Of a DNA stretch of 64,000 nt, positions 1 through 15,300 are shown piece by piece. A program made the position numbers and the translations under genes. The stretch comes from Squalus acanthias. Its lineage: Eukaryota. The first letter of the stretch is position 1. Each line of letters starts with the position of its first letter. The stretch spans positions 248,001-312,000 of the forward strand of contig JASTWF010000369.1 in assembly GCA_030390025.1 (NCBI GenBank). The letters run 5' to 3'. Below the pieces are notes generated by a model. The model was not told the origin of the DNA. It made no database searches and saw nothing but the letters and a program-made list of their open reading frames with translations.

Positions 1-3000
1 CAGAAACCCACACTGTCTGGATCTGAAATGTCAGAAAAACCCACTGACAATTTCTGATTTATCAGAAACATCCACTGTCTGGGTCTGAATTATCAAAAAC
101 ACCCACTGTCTATGTCTGAATTATCAGAAACATCGACTGCCTGATTCTGAATTATCAGAAACACCCACTGCCTGGGTCTGAATGATCAGAAACACCCACT
201 GTCTGGATCTGAAATATCAGAAACACCCACTGTCTGGTTTTCAATTATCAGAAACATCCACTGTCTGTCTCTGAATTATCAGAAACACCCACTGTCTGCG
301 TCTGAATTATCAGAAACACGCACAGTCTGCGTCTGACTTATCTGAAACGCTCAATGTCTGGGTTATGAAGTATCAGAAGCACCCAATGTCTGGGCCTGAC
401 ATATCAAAAAAATTCACAGTCTGGGTCTGAATTTTCAGAAACACCCACAGTCTGCATAAGAATTATCAGAAACACCCACTGTCTGGTTCTGAATTATCAG
501 GAAAAATCACTGTCTGTGCCTGAATTATCAGAAACGCCCACTGTCTGGCTCTGCATTATGAGAAAGACCCACTGTCTTGGTCTGAATTATCAGAAACAGC
601 TTATACTGGCTCTGAATTATCAAGAGCGCCCAATGTCTTGCTTGAATTATCAGAAACAACAACTGTCTCGGTCTGAATTATCAGAAACACCCACTGTCTA
701 GTTCTCAATAATCAGAATGCCCATTTGTCTGGTTCTGAATTTTCAGAAGCACCCAATATCTGGGTCTGAATGATCAGAAACAGCCAACCGTCTGGTTCTG
801 AATTTTCAGAAACATCCGTTGTCCGGGTCTGAATTATCAGAAATAATGACGCTCTGGGTGTGAATTATCAGAAACACGCTTTGTCTGCGTCTGAATTATC
901 AGAAACACTCACAGTCTGCGTCTGACATGTCAGAAACGCTCAATGTCTGGGATATGAATTATCTGAAACACCAACCGTCTGGGTCAGAATTTTCAGAAAC
1001 ACCCACAGTCTGCGTCCGACTTATCACAAGTACCCACTGTCTGGTTCTGAATTATCAGGTAAAAACACTGTCTGTCCCAGAATTATCTGAAACGCCCACT
1101 GTCTGGCTCTGCATTGTGAGAAAGACCCACTGTCTGGGTCTGAATTATCAGAAACAGCTTATTCAGGCTCTGAATTATGAAGAGCGCCCAATGTCTGGGT
1201 CCGAATTATCAGAAACACGCTTTGTCTGCGTCTGAATTATCAGAAACACTCACTGTCTGCGTCTAATCTAACGGACACGCCCACTGTCTGGGACTAAATT
1301 ATCAGAAAAATGCACTGTCTGGCTCTTAATTATCAGAAATAATCACTATCTGGGTCTGAATTATCAGAAACCCCCACTGTCTGGGTCTGAAATGTCAGAA
1401 AGACCCACTGTCTGGTTCTGAGTTGTCAGAAACATCCACTGTCTGGCTCTGAATTATCAGAAACACCCACTGTCTGGCTCTGAATTGTCAGGAACACGCA
1501 CTATCTGCATCTGACATATCAGAAACGCTCAATGTCTGGGATATGAATTATCTGAAACACCAACCGTCTGGGTCAGAATTTTCAGAAACACCCTCAATCT
1601 GGGTCCGACTTATCACAAGTACCCACTGTCTGGTTCTGAATTATCAGTTAAAAACACTGTCTGTGCCTGAATTATCTGAAACGCCCACTGTCTGGCTCTG
1701 CATTTTGAGAAAGACCCACTGTCTGGGTCTGAATTATCAGAAACAGCTTATTCAGGCTCTGTATTATGAAGAGCGCCCAATGTCGTGCTTGAATTATCAG
1801 AAACAACAACTGTCTAGGTCTGAATTATGAGAAGCACCCACTGTCTGGGTCTGAATTTTCAGAAACATCAGTTGTCTGGGTCTGAATTATCAGAAACCCC
1901 CACTGTCTGGGTCTGAAATGTCAGAAAAACCCACTGACAGTTTCTGATTTATCAGAAACATCCACTGTCTGGGTCTGAATTATCAAAAACACGCACTGTC
2001 TATGTCTGAATTATCAGAAACATCCACTGCCTGATTCTGAATTATCAGAAACACCCACTGCCTGGGTCTGAATTATCACAAACACCCACTGTCTGGGTCT
2101 GAAATATCAGAAACACAAACTGTCTGGTTTTGAATTATCAGAAACATCCACTGTCTGTCTCTGAATTATCAGAAACACCCACTGTCTGCGTCTGAATTAT
2201 CAGAAACACGCACAGTCCGCGTCTGACTTATCTGAAGCGCTCAATGTCTGGGTTATGAAGTATCAGAAGCACCCAATGTCTGGGTCTGACATATCAAAAA
2301 AATTCACAGTCCGGGTCTGAATTTTCAGAAACACCCACAGTCTGCATAAGAATTATCAGAAACACCCACTGTCTGGGTTTGAATTATCAGGAAAAATCAC
2401 TGTCTGTGCCTGAATTATCAGAAACGCCCACTGTCTGGCTCTGCATTATGAGAAAGACCCACTGTCTTGTTCTGAATTATCAGATACAGCTTATTCTTGC
2501 TCTGAATTACCAAGAGCGCCCAATGCCTTGCTTGAATTATCAGAAACAACAACTGTCTCGGTCTGAATTGTCAGAAACACCCACTGTCTAGTTCTCAATA
2601 ATCAGAATGCCCATTTGTCTGGTTCTGACTTTTCAGAAGCACCCAATATCTGGGTCTGATTGATCAGAAACACCAACTATCTGCGTCTAATTTAACGGAC
2701 ACGCCCACTGTCTGGGAAAAATTATCAGAAAAATGCACTGTCTGGGTCTGAATTATCAGAAATAATCACTTTCTGTGCCTGAATTATCAGAAACGCCCGC
2801 TGTCTGGCTCTGCATTAGGAGAAAGACCCACTGTCTTGGTCTGAATTATCAGAAACAGCTTATTCTGGCTCTGAATTATCAAGAGCGCTTAATGTCTTGC
2901 TTGAATTATCAGAAACAGCAACTGTCTCGGTCTGAATTATCAGAAACTCCCACTGTCTACTTCTTAATTAACAGAAAGCCCATTTGTCTGATTCTGATTT

Positions 3001-6000
3001 TTCAGAAGCACCCAATATCTGGGTCAAAATGATCAGATACACCCACTGTCTGGGTCTGAATTTTCAGAAACATCAGTTGTCTGGATCTGAATTATCAAAA
3101 ATAACGACGCTCTGGGTCTGAATTATCGGAAACATGCTTTGTCTGCGTCTGAATTATCAAAAACACCCACTGTCTGCGTCTTATTTAACGGAAACGCCCA
3201 CTGTCTGGGACTGAATTATCAGAAAAATGCACTGTCTGGGTCTGGATTATCAGAAACAGCCACTGTCTGGATCTGAATTTTCATAAAACCCTACTGTCTG
3301 GTCAGAAATGTCAGAAACACACACTGTCTGGTTCTGAATTATCAGAAACATCCACTGTCTGGCTCTGAATTATAAGAAACACACACTGTCTGGGTCTGAA
3401 TTATCAGAAACTTCCACTGCCTTAGTCGGAATTATCGGAAACACCCACTGTCTTGGTCTGAATTATCAGAAACATCCACTGTCTGTGTCTGAATTATCAC
3501 AAACAGCCACTGTCTGGGTCTGAAATGTCAGAAACACCCATTGTCTGGGTCTGAATTATGAGAAACATCCGTTTTCTGGGTTTGAATTATCAGAAATAAC
3601 GACGCTCTGGGTTTGAATTATCAGAAACACCCACTGTCTGTGTCTGAATTATAAAAAACACCCACTGTCTGCGTCTAATTTAATGGAAACGCCCACTGTC
3701 TGGGACTGAAATGTCAGAAACACCCACTGAGGGTTCTGAATTATCAGAAACACACACAGTCTGCGTCTGACTTATCAGAAACGCTCAATGTCTGGTTTAT
3801 GAAATAGCAGAAACAACCACTGTCTGGGTCTGAATTTCACAGAAACGACCACTGTCTGGCTCTGCAGGATGAGAAAGACCCACTGTCTGGGTCTGAATTA
3901 TCAGAAGCAGCTTATTCTGGCTCTGGATTATCAAGAGCGCCCAATGTCTTGCTTGAATGATCAGAAACAACACTGTCTCGGTCTGAATTATCAGAAACAT
4001 CCACTGTCTGGCTCTGAATTATCACAAATACCCACCGTCTCTGTCTGAATTATCAGAAACACCCTCAGTCGGCGTCTGACTTATCAGAAACGCTGAATGT
4101 CTGGGTTATGAATTATCAGGAACACCCAATGTCTGGGTCTGACTTATCAGAAAAATCCATTGTCTGGGTCTGAATTATCAGAAACACCCGCAGTCTGCGT
4201 CGGCTTATCAGAAACACCCACTGTCTGGTTCTGAATTAACAGGAAAAACACTGTCTGGGTCTGCATTATCAGTAACGCCCACTGTCTGGCTCTGCAGAAT
4301 GAGAAAGACCCACTGCCTTTGTCTGAATTATCAGATACTGCTTATTCTGTCTCTGGATTATCAAGAGCGCCCAATGTCTTGCCTGAATGATCAGAAACAA
4401 CACTGTCTTGGTCTGAATTATCAGAAACACCAACTGTCTGGTTCTGGATTATCAGAAAGCCCATTTGTCTGGTTCTGAATTTTCAGAAGCACCCAATATC
4501 TGGGTCTTAGTTATCAGATACACCCACTGTCTGGGTCTGCATTTTCAGAAGCACCCATTGTCTGGGTCTGTTTTATCAGAAACACGCTTTGTCTGCGTCT
4601 GAATTATCAAAAACACGCACTGTCTAATTCAACAGAAACGCCCACTGACTGGGACTGAATTATCAGAAATAACCACTGTCTGGGTTTGAATTACCAGAAA
4701 CCTCCACTGTCTGGGTCTGATACATCGGAAACACACACTGTCTGGGTCTGAGTTATCGGAAACACCCAATGTTTTGGGTCTCACTTATTGACAAACCCAC
4801 TGTCTGGGTATGAATGATCAGAAAAACGCTTTGGCTGCTTTGAATTATCAACAACACCCACTGTCTGCGTCTAATTTATCAGAAACGCCCACTGTCTGGG
4901 ACTGAATCATCAGAAAAATGCACTGTCTGGGTCTGAATTTTCAGAAACTCCCACTGTCTCGGTCTGAATTATCAGAAACGCCCAATGTCTGTGTTTGAAT
5001 TATCAGAAACACGATCACTGTCAGCGTCTGACTTATCAGAAACACTCCACTGTCTGGGTCTCACTTATCAGAAACAATCACTCTCTGATGCTGAAATGTC
5101 TCAAACACACTCTGTCTGGGCCTGAATTATCAGAAACACCCCGTCTCTGGGACTTAATTATTGGAAAAAATCCACTGTCTGGGTCTGAATTTTCAGAAGC
5201 AACTGTCTTAATCTGAATTATCAGAACAATGACTTTCTGGGTCTGAATTGTCAGAAACACCCAATGCCTGGGACTGTTTTATCAGAAAACACGCTTTGTC
5301 TGCGTCTGAATTATCAAAAACACCCACTGTCTGCGTCTAATTTAACGCAAACGCTCACTGTCTGGGACTGAAATGTCAGAAACACCCACTGAGGGGTCTG
5401 AATTATCAGAAACACACACAGTCTGCGTCTAACATATCAGAAACGCTCAATGTCTGGTTTATGAAATAGCAGAAACAACCACTGTCTGGGTCTGAATTTA
5501 TCAGAAACGCCCACTGTCTGGCTCTGCAGGATGAGAAAGACCCACTGTCTGGGTCTGAATTATCACAAACTGCATATTCTGTCTCTGGATTATCAAGAGC
5601 GCCCAATGTCTTGCTTGAATGATCAGAAACGACACTGTCTCGGTCTGAATTATCAGAAACATCCACTGCCTGGCTCTGAATTATCAGAAACACAAACCGT
5701 CTGTGTCTGAATTTTCAGAAACACCCACAGTCTGAGTCCGACTTATCAGAAACACCCACTGACTGGTTCTGAATTATCAGGAAAGAACACAGTCTGTGCC
5801 TGAATTATCAAAAACGCCCACTTTCTGGCTCTACATTATGAGGAAGACCCACTGTCTGGGTCTGAATTATCAGTAACAGCTTATTCTGGCTCTGAATAAT
5901 CAAGAGCACCCAACGTCTTGCTTGAATTTTCAGAAACAACTGACTCGGTCTGAATTATCATAAACACCCACTGTCTAGTTCTGATTTATCAGAAGCAACC

Positions 6001-6179
6001 TTAATCTGGGTCTTAGTTATCAGATACACCCACTGTCTGGGTCTGAATTTTCAGAAACACCCCTTGTCTGGGTCTGTTTTATCAAAAGCACGCACTGTCT
6101 GCGTCTGATTCAACAGAAACGCCCACTGTCTGGGACTGAATGATCAGAAATAACGACTGTCTGGGTTTGATTTACCAGA

Positions 6180-9100
6180 AACATCCACTGTCTGGGTCTG
6201 AGTTATCGGAAACACCTAATGTTTGGGTCTGACTTATTGACAAACCCACTGTGTGGGTCTGAATGCTCAGAAAAACGCTTTGTCTGCTTTGAATTATCAA
6301 CAACACCCACTGTCTGCGTCTAATTTATCAGAAACGCCCACTGTCTGGGTCTGAATAATCAGATACTGCTTATTCTGGCTCTGGATTATCAAGAGCGTGC
6401 AATGTCTTGCTTGAATGATCAGAAACAACACTTTCTTCGTCTGAATTATCAGAAAAACCCACTGTCTGGTTCTGAATTATCAGAAAGCTCATTTGTCTGG
6501 TTCTGAATTTGCAGAAGCACACAATATCTGAGTCTGAATTATCAGAAAAACCCACTGTCTGGGACTGAATCATCAGAAAAATGCACTGTCTGTGTCTGAA
6601 TTATCAGAAACTCCCACTGTCTCGGTCTGAATTATCAGAAACGCCCAATGTCTGTGTTTGAATTATCAGAAACACGATCACTGTCAGCGTCTGACTTATC
6701 AGAAACACTCCACTGTCTGGGTCTCACTTATCAGAAACAATCACTCTCTGATGCTGAAATGTCTCAAACACCCTCTGGCTGGGCCTGAATGATCAGAAAC
6801 ACCCCGTCTCTGGGACTTAATTAACGGGAAAAATCCACTGTCTGGGTCTGAATTTTCAGAGGCAACTGTCTTAATCTGAATTATCAGAACAATGACTTTC
6901 TGGGTCTGAATTGTCACAAACACCCACTGTCTTGGTCTGAAATGTCAGAAACACCCACTGTCTGGTTCTGAATTATCAGAAACATCCACTGTCTGGATCT
7001 GAATTATCAGAAACAACTACTGTCTGGGTCTGAATTATTAAAAACACCGACAGTCTGCATGTGACTTATCAGAAACGCTCAATGTCTGGGTTATCAATTA
7101 TCAGAAACAACCAATGTCTGCGTGTGACTTATCAGAAAAAACCACTGTCTGGGTCTGAATTTTTAGAAACACCCACAGTCTGCGTCTGACTTATCAGAAA
7201 CACCCACTGTCTGGTTCTATAATTAACAGGAAAAAACACTGTCTGTGCCTGAATTATCAGAAACGCACACTGTCTGGCTCTGCATTATGGGAATGACCCA
7301 CTGTCAGTGTCTGAATTATCAGAAACAGCTTATTCTGGCTCTGAATTATCAAGAGCGCCCAATGTCTTGCTTGAATTATCAGAAACAACAACTGTCTCCG
7401 TCTGAATTATCAGAAACACCCACTGTCTAGTTCTGACTTATCAGAAATCCCATTTGTCTGGTTCTGAATTATAGAAGAACCCAATATCTGGGTCTGAATT
7501 ATCAGAAACAGCCACTGTCGGGGTCTGAATTTTCAGAAACATCCGTTGTCTGGATCTGAATTATCAGAAAAACGCTTTCTCTGCGTCTGAATTATCAAAA
7601 CCACCCACTGTCTGCGTCTAATTTAACGGAAATGCCAACTGTCTAGGAATGAATTGTCAGAAAAATGCACGGTCTGGATCTCAATTATCAGAAACAACCA
7701 CTGTCTGGGTCTGAATTATCAGAAAACCCCACTGTCTGGTTTTGAATTATCAGAAACATCCACTGTCTGGGTCTGAGTTATCGGAAACTCCCAATGTTTG
7801 GGTCTGACTTATTGACAAACCCACTGTGTGGGTCTGAATGCTCAGAAAAACGCTTTGTCTGCTTTGAATTATCAACAACACCCACTGTCTGCGTCTAATT
7901 TATCAGAAACGCCCACTGTCTGGGTCTGAATAATCAGATACTGCTTATTCTGGCTCTGGATTATCAAGAGCGCGCAATGTCTTGCTTGAATGATCAGAAA
8001 CAACACTTTCTTCGTCTGAATTATCAGAAAAACCCACTGTCTGGTTCTGAATTATCAGAAAGCTCATTTGTCTGCTTCTGAATTTGCAGAAGCACACAAT
8101 ATCTGGGTCTGAATTATCAGAAAAACCCACTGTCTGGGACTGAATCATCAGAAAAATGCACTGTCTGTGTCTGAATTATCAGAAACTCCCACTGTCTCGG
8201 TCTGAATTATCAGAAACGCCCAATGTCTGTGTTTGAATTATCAGAAACACGATCACTGTCAGCATCTGACTTATCAGAAACACTCCACTGTCTGGGTCTC
8301 ACTTATCAGAAACAATCACTCTCTGATGCTGAAATGTCTCAAACACCCTCTGGCTGGGCCTGAATTATCAGAAACACCCCGTCTCTGGGACTTAATTATC
8401 GGGAAAAATCCACTGTCTGGGTCTGAATTTTCAGAGGCAACTGTCTTAATCTGATTTATCAGAACAATGACTTTCTGGGTCTGAATTGTCACAAACACCC
8501 ACTGTCTGGGTCTGAAATGTCAGAAACACCCACTGTCTGGTTCTGAATTATCAGAAACATCCACTGTCTGGATCTGAATTATCAGAAACAGCTACTGTCT
8601 GGGTCTGAATTATTAAAAACACCCACAGTCTGCATGTGACTTATCAGAAACGCTCAATGTCTGGGTTATCAATTATCAGAAACAACCAATGTCTGCGTGT
8701 GACTTATCAGAAAAATCCACTGTCTGGGTCTGAATTTTCAGAAACACCCACAGTCTGCGTCTGACTTATCAGAAACACCCACTGTCTGGTTCTATAATTA
8801 ACAGGAAAAAACACTGTTTGTGCCTGAATTATCAGAAACGCACACTGACTGGCTCTGCATTATGGGAATGACCCACTGTCAGTGTCTAAATTATCAGAAA
8901 CAGCTTATTCTGGCTCTGAATTATCAAGAGCGCCCAATGTCTTGCTTGAATTATCAGAAACAACAACTGTCTCCGTCTGAATTATCAGAAACACCCACTG
9001 TCTAGTTCTGACTTATCAGAAATCCCATTTGTCTGGTTCTGAATTATAGAAGAACCCAATATCTGGGTCTGAATTATCAGAAACAGCCACTGTCGGGGTC

Positions 9101-12100
9101 TGAATTTTCAGAAACATCCGTTGTATGGATCTGAATTATCAGAAAAACGCTTTCTCTGCGTCTGAATTATCAAAACCACCCACTGTCTGCGTCTAATTTA
9201 ACGGAAATGCCAACTGTCTAGGAATGAATTGTCAGAAAAATGCATGGTCTGGATCTCAATTATCAGAAACAACCACTGTCTGGGTCTGAATTATCAGAAA
9301 ACCCCACTGTCTGGTTTTGAATTATCAGAAACATCCACTGTCTGGGTCTGAGTTATCGGAAACACCCAATGTTTGGGTCTGACTTATTGACAAACCCACT
9401 GTGTGGGTCTGAATGCTCAGAAAAACGCTTTGTCTGCTTTGAATTATCAACAACACCCACTGTCTGCTTCTAATTTATAAGAAACGCCCACTGTCTGGGT
9501 CTGAATAATCAGATACTGCTTATTCTGGCTCTGGATTATCAAGAGCGCGCAATGTCTTGCTTGAATGATCAGAAACAACACTTTCTTCGTCTGAATTATC
9601 AGAAAAACCCACTGTCTGGTTCTGAATTATCAGAAAGCTCATTTGTCTGCTTCTGAATTTGCAGAAGCACACAATATCTGGGTCTGAATTATCAGAAAAA
9701 CCCACTGTCTGGGACTGAATCATCAGAAAAATGCACTGTCTGTGTCTGAATTATCAGAAACTCCCACTGTCTCGGTCTGAATTATCAGAAACGCCCAATG
9801 TCTGTGTTTGAATTATCAGAAACACGATCACTGTCAGCGTCTGACTTATCAGAAACACTCCACTGTCTGGGTCTCACTTATCAGAAACAATCACTCTCTG
9901 ATGCTGAAATGTCTCAAACACCCTCTGGCTGGGCCTGAATTATGAGAAACACACCGTCTCTGGGACTTAATTATCGGGAAAAATCCACTGTCTGGGTCTG
10001 AATTTTCAGAGGCAACTGTCTTAATCTGAATTATCAGAACAATGACTTTCTGGGTCTGAATTGTCACAAACACCCACTGTCTGGGTCTGAATTATTAAAA
10101 ACACCGACAGTCTGCATGTGACTTATCAGAAACGCTCAATGTCTGGGTTATCAATTATCAGAAACAACCAATGTCTGCGTGTGACTTATCAGAAAAAAAC
10201 ACTGTCTGGGTCTGAATTTTTAGAAACACCCACAGTCTGCGTCTGACTTATCAGAAACACCCACTGTCTGGTTCTATAATTAACAGGAAAAAACACTGTC
10301 TGTGCCTGAATTATCAGAAACGCACACTGTCTGGCTCTGCATTATGGGAATGACCCACTGTCAGTGTCTGAATTATCAGAAACAGCTTATTCTGGCTCTG
10401 AATTATCAAGAGCGCCCAATGTCTTGCTTGAATTATCAGAAACAACAACTGTCTCCGTCTGAATTATCAGAAACACCCACTGTCTAGTTCTGACTTATCA
10501 GAAATCCCATTTGTCTGGTTCTGAATTATAGAAGAACCCAATATCTGGGTCTGAATTATCAGAAACAGCCACTGTCGGGGTCTGAATTTTCAGAAACATC
10601 CGTTGTCTGGATCTGAATTATCAGAAAAACGCTTTCTCTGCGTCTGAATTATCAAAACCACCCACTGTCTGCGTCTAATTTAACGGAAATGCCAACTGTC
10701 TAGGAATGAATTGTCAGAAAAATGCACGGTCTGGATCTCAATTATCAGAAACAACCACTGTCTGGGTCTGAATTATCAGAAAACCCCACTGTCTGGTTTT
10801 GAATTATCAGAAACATCCACTGTCTGGGTCTGAGTTATCGGAAACTCCCAATGTTTGGGTCTGACTTATTGACAAACCCACTGTGTGGGTCTGAATGCTC
10901 AGAAAAACGCTTTGTCTGCTTTGAATTATCAACAACACCCACTGTCTGCGTCTAATTTATCAGAAACGCCCACTGTCTGGGTCTGAATAATCAGATACTG
11001 CTTATTCTGGCTCTGGATTATCAAGAGCGCGCAATGTCTTGCTTGAATGATCAGAAACAACACTTTCTTCGTCTGAATTATCAGAAAAACCCACTGTCTG
11101 GTTCTGAATTATCAGAAAGCTCATTTGTCTGCTTCTGAATTTGCAGAAGCACACAATATCTGGGTCTGAATTATCAGAAAAACCCACTGTCTGGGACTGA
11201 ATCATCAGAAAAATGCACTGTCTGTGTCTGAATTATCAGAAACTCCCACTGTCTCGGTCTGAATTATCAGAAACGCCCAATGTCTGTGTTTGAATTATCA
11301 GAAACACGATCACTGTCAGCATCTGACTTATCAGAAACACTCCACTGTCTGGGTCTCACTTATCAGAAACTATCACTCTCTGATGCTGAAATGTCTCAAA
11401 CACCCTCTGGCTGGGCCTGAATTATCAGAAACACCCCGTCTCTGGGACTTAATTATCGGGAAAAATCCACTGTCTGGGTCTGAATTTTCAGAGGCAACTG
11501 TCTTAATCTGAATTATCAGAACAATGACTTTCTGGGTCTGAATTGTCACAAACACCCACTGTCTGGGTCTGAAATGTCAGAAACACCCACTGTCTGGTTC
11601 TGAATTATCAGAAACATCCACTGTCTGGATCTGAATTATCAGAAACAACTACTGTCTGGGTCTGAATTATTAAAAACACCCACAGTCTGCATGTGACTTA
11701 TCAGAAACGCTCAATGTCTGGGTTATCAATTATCAGAAACAACCAATGTCTGCGTGTGACTTATCAGAAAAATCCACTGTCTGGGTCTGAATTTTCAGAA
11801 ACACCCACAGTCTGCGTCTGACTTATCAGAAACACCCACTGTCTGGTTCTATAATTAACAGGAAAAAACACTGTCTGTGCCTGAATTATCAGAAACGCAC
11901 ACTGTCTGGCTCTGCATTATGGGAATGACCCACTGTCAGTGTCTAAATTATCAGAAACAGCTTATTCTGGCTCTGAATTATCAAGAGCGCCCAATGTCTT
12001 GCTTGAATTATCAGAAACAACAACTGTCTCCGTCTGAATTATCAGAAACACCCACTGTCTAGTTCTGACTTATCAGAAATCCCATTTGTCTGGTTCTGAA

Positions 12101-12340
12101 TTATAGAAGAACCCAATATCTGGGTCTGAATTATCAGAAACAGCCACTGTCGGGGTCTGAATTTTCAGAAACATCCGTTGTCTGGATCTGAATTATCAGA
12201 AAAACGCTTTCTCTGTGTCTGAATTATCAAAACCACCCACTGTCTGCGTCTAATTTAACGGAAATGCCAACTGTTTAGGAATGAATTGTCAGAAAAATGC
12301 ACGGTCTGGATCTCAATTATCAGAAAACCCCACTGTCTGG
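6180..12340. repeat. Higher-order repeat block: ~4 near-identical copies of a ~1575-bp (~51-monomer) unit; boundaries approximate
   Basis: Near-identical ORF-track entries recur at 6370/7945/9520/11002 and 7245/8820/10302/11877 (spacing 1575, except one 1482 = 1575 minus 3 monomers). Confidence 0.92.
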
Positions 12341-15300
12341 TTTTGAATTATCAGAAACATCCACTGTCTGGCTCTGAAATGTCAGAAAGACCCACTGTCT
12401 AGTTCTCAATTATCAGAATGCCCATTTGTCTGGTTCAGAATTTTCAGAAGCACCCAATATCTGGGTCTGAATGATCAGAGACACCAACCGTCTGGGTCGG
12501 AAATTTCAGAAACATCCGTTGTCCGGGTCTGAATTATCAGAAATAACGACGCTCTGGGTCTGAATTATCAGAAACACGCATTGTCTGCATCTGAATTATC
12601 AAAAACACCCACTGTCTGCGTCTTATTTAACGGAAACGCCCACTGTCTGGGACTGAATTATCAGTAAAATGCACTGTCTGGGTCTGGATTTTCAGAAACA
12701 ACCACTGTCTGGGTCTGAATTATCAGAAACCCCTACTGTCTGGTTCTGAATTGTCAGAAACATCCACTGTCTGGCTCTGAATTATAAGAAACACTCACTG
12801 TCTGGGTCTGAATTATCAGAAACTTCCACTGCCTAAATCTGAATTATCGGAAACACCCACTGTCTTGGTCTGAATTATCACAAACAGCCACTGTCTGGGT
12901 CTGAAATGTCAGAAACATCCACTGTCTAGGTCTGAATTATCACAAACAGCCACTGTCTGGTTCTGAGCTGTCAGAAACACCCACTGTCTGGGTCTGAATT
13001 ATCAGAAACATCCGTTTTCTGGGTTTGAATTATCAGAAATAACGACGCTCTGGGTTTGAATAATCAGAAAACACGCTTCGTCTGCGTCTGAATTATCAAA
13101 AACTCCCACTGTCTGCGACTAATTTAACGGAAACGCCCACTGTCTTGGACTGAAATTTCAGAAACACCCACTGTCTGGGTCTGAATTATCAGAAACACAC
13201 ACAGTCTGCGTTTGACTTATCAGAAACGCTCAATGTCTGGTTTATGAATTAGCAGAAACAACCACTGTCTGGGTCTGAATTTCACAGAAACGCCCACTGT
13301 CTGGCTCTGCAGGATGAGAAAGACCCACTGTCTGGGTCTGAATTATCAAAAGCAGCTTATTCCGGCTCTGGATTATCAGGAGCGCCCAATGTCTTGCAAG
13401 AATGATCAGAAACAACACTGCCTGGTTCTGAATTATCCGAAAGCCCATTTGTCTGGTTCTGAATATTCAGAAGCACCCAATAACTGGGTCTGAATTTTCA
13501 GAAACACCGACTGTCTGGTTCTGAATTATCAGGAAAGAACACAGTCTGTGCCTGAATTATCAAAAACGCCCACTTTCTGGCTCTGCATTATGAGAAAGAC
13601 CAACTGTCTGGGTCTGAATTATCAGAAATAACCACTGTCTGGGTTGGAATTACCAGAAACCGCCACTGTCTGGGTGTGATACATCGGAAACACAAACTGT
13701 CTGGGTCTGAGTTATCAGACACACCCAATGTTTGGGTCTGACTTATTGACAAACCCAATGTCTGGGTCTGAATTATCAGAAACACGCTTTGTCTGCTTTG
13801 AATTATCAACAACACCCACTGTCTGCGTCTAATTTATCAGAAACGACCACTGTCTGGGACTGAATCATCAGAAAAATGCACTGTCTGGGTCTGAATTTTC
13901 AGAAACTCCCACTGTCTCGGTCTGAATTATCAGAAACGCCCAATGTCTGTGTTTGAATTATCAGAAACACAATCACTGTCAGCGTCTGACTTATCAGAAA
14001 CACTCCACTGTTTGGGTCTCACTTATCAGAAACAATCACTCTTTGATTCTGAAATCTCTCAAATACCCTCTGCCTGGGCCTGAATTATCAGAAACACCCC
14101 GTCTCTGGGACTTAATTATCGGAAAAATCCACTGTCTGGGTCTGAATTTTCAGAAGCAACTGTGTTAATCTGAATTATCAGAACAATGACTTTCTGGGTC
14201 TGAATTGTCACAAACACCCACTGTCTGGGTCTGAATTATCAGAAACATCCACTGTCTGGATCTGAATTATCAGAAATAACCACTGTCTGGGTTGGAATTA
14301 CCAGAAACCGCCACTGTCTGGGTGTGATACATCGGAAACACAAACTGTCTGGGTCTGAGTTATCAGACACACCCAATGTTTGGGTCTGACTTATTGACAA
14401 ACCCACTGTCTGGGTCTGAATTATCAAAAGCAGCTTATTCCGGCTCTGGATTATCAGGAGCGCCCAATGTCTTGCAAGAATGATCAGAAACAACACTGCC
14501 TGGTTCTGAATTATCCGAAAGCCCATTTGTCTGGTTCTGAATATTCAGAAGCACCCAATAACTGGGTCTGAATTTTCAGAAACACCGACTGTCTGGTTCT
14601 GAATTATCAGGAAAGGACACAGTCTGTGCCTGAATTATCAAAAACGCCCACTTTCTGGCTCTGCATTATGAGAAAGACCAACTGTCTGGGTCTGAATTAT
14701 CAGAAATAACCACTGTCTGGGTTGGAATTACCAGAAACCGCCACTGTCTGGGTGTGATACATCGGAAACACAAACTGTCTGGGTCTGAGTTATCAGACAC
14801 ACCCAATGTTTGGGTCTGACTTATTGACAAACCCACTGTCTGGGTCTGAATTATCAGAAACACGCTTTGTCTGCTTTGAATTATCAACAACACCCACTGT
14901 CTGCGTCTAATTTATCAGAAACGACCACTGTCTGGGACTGAATCATCAGAAAAATGCACTGTCTGGGTCTGAATTTTCAGAAACTCCCACTGTCTCGGTC
15001 TGAATTATCAGAAACGCCCAATGTCTGTGTTTGAATTATCAGAAACACAATCACTGTCAGCGTCTGACTTATCAGAAACACTCCACTGTTTGGGTCTCAC
15101 TTATCAGAAACAATCACTCTTTGATTCTGAAATCTCTCAAATACCCTCTGCCTGGGCCTGAATTATCAGAAACACCCCGTCTCTGGGTCTGAATTATCAG
15201 AAACACCCACAGTCTACGTGTGACTTATCAGAAACGCTCAATGTCTGCGTTATGACTTATCAGAAACAACCAATGTCTGGGTATGACTTATCAGAAAAAT

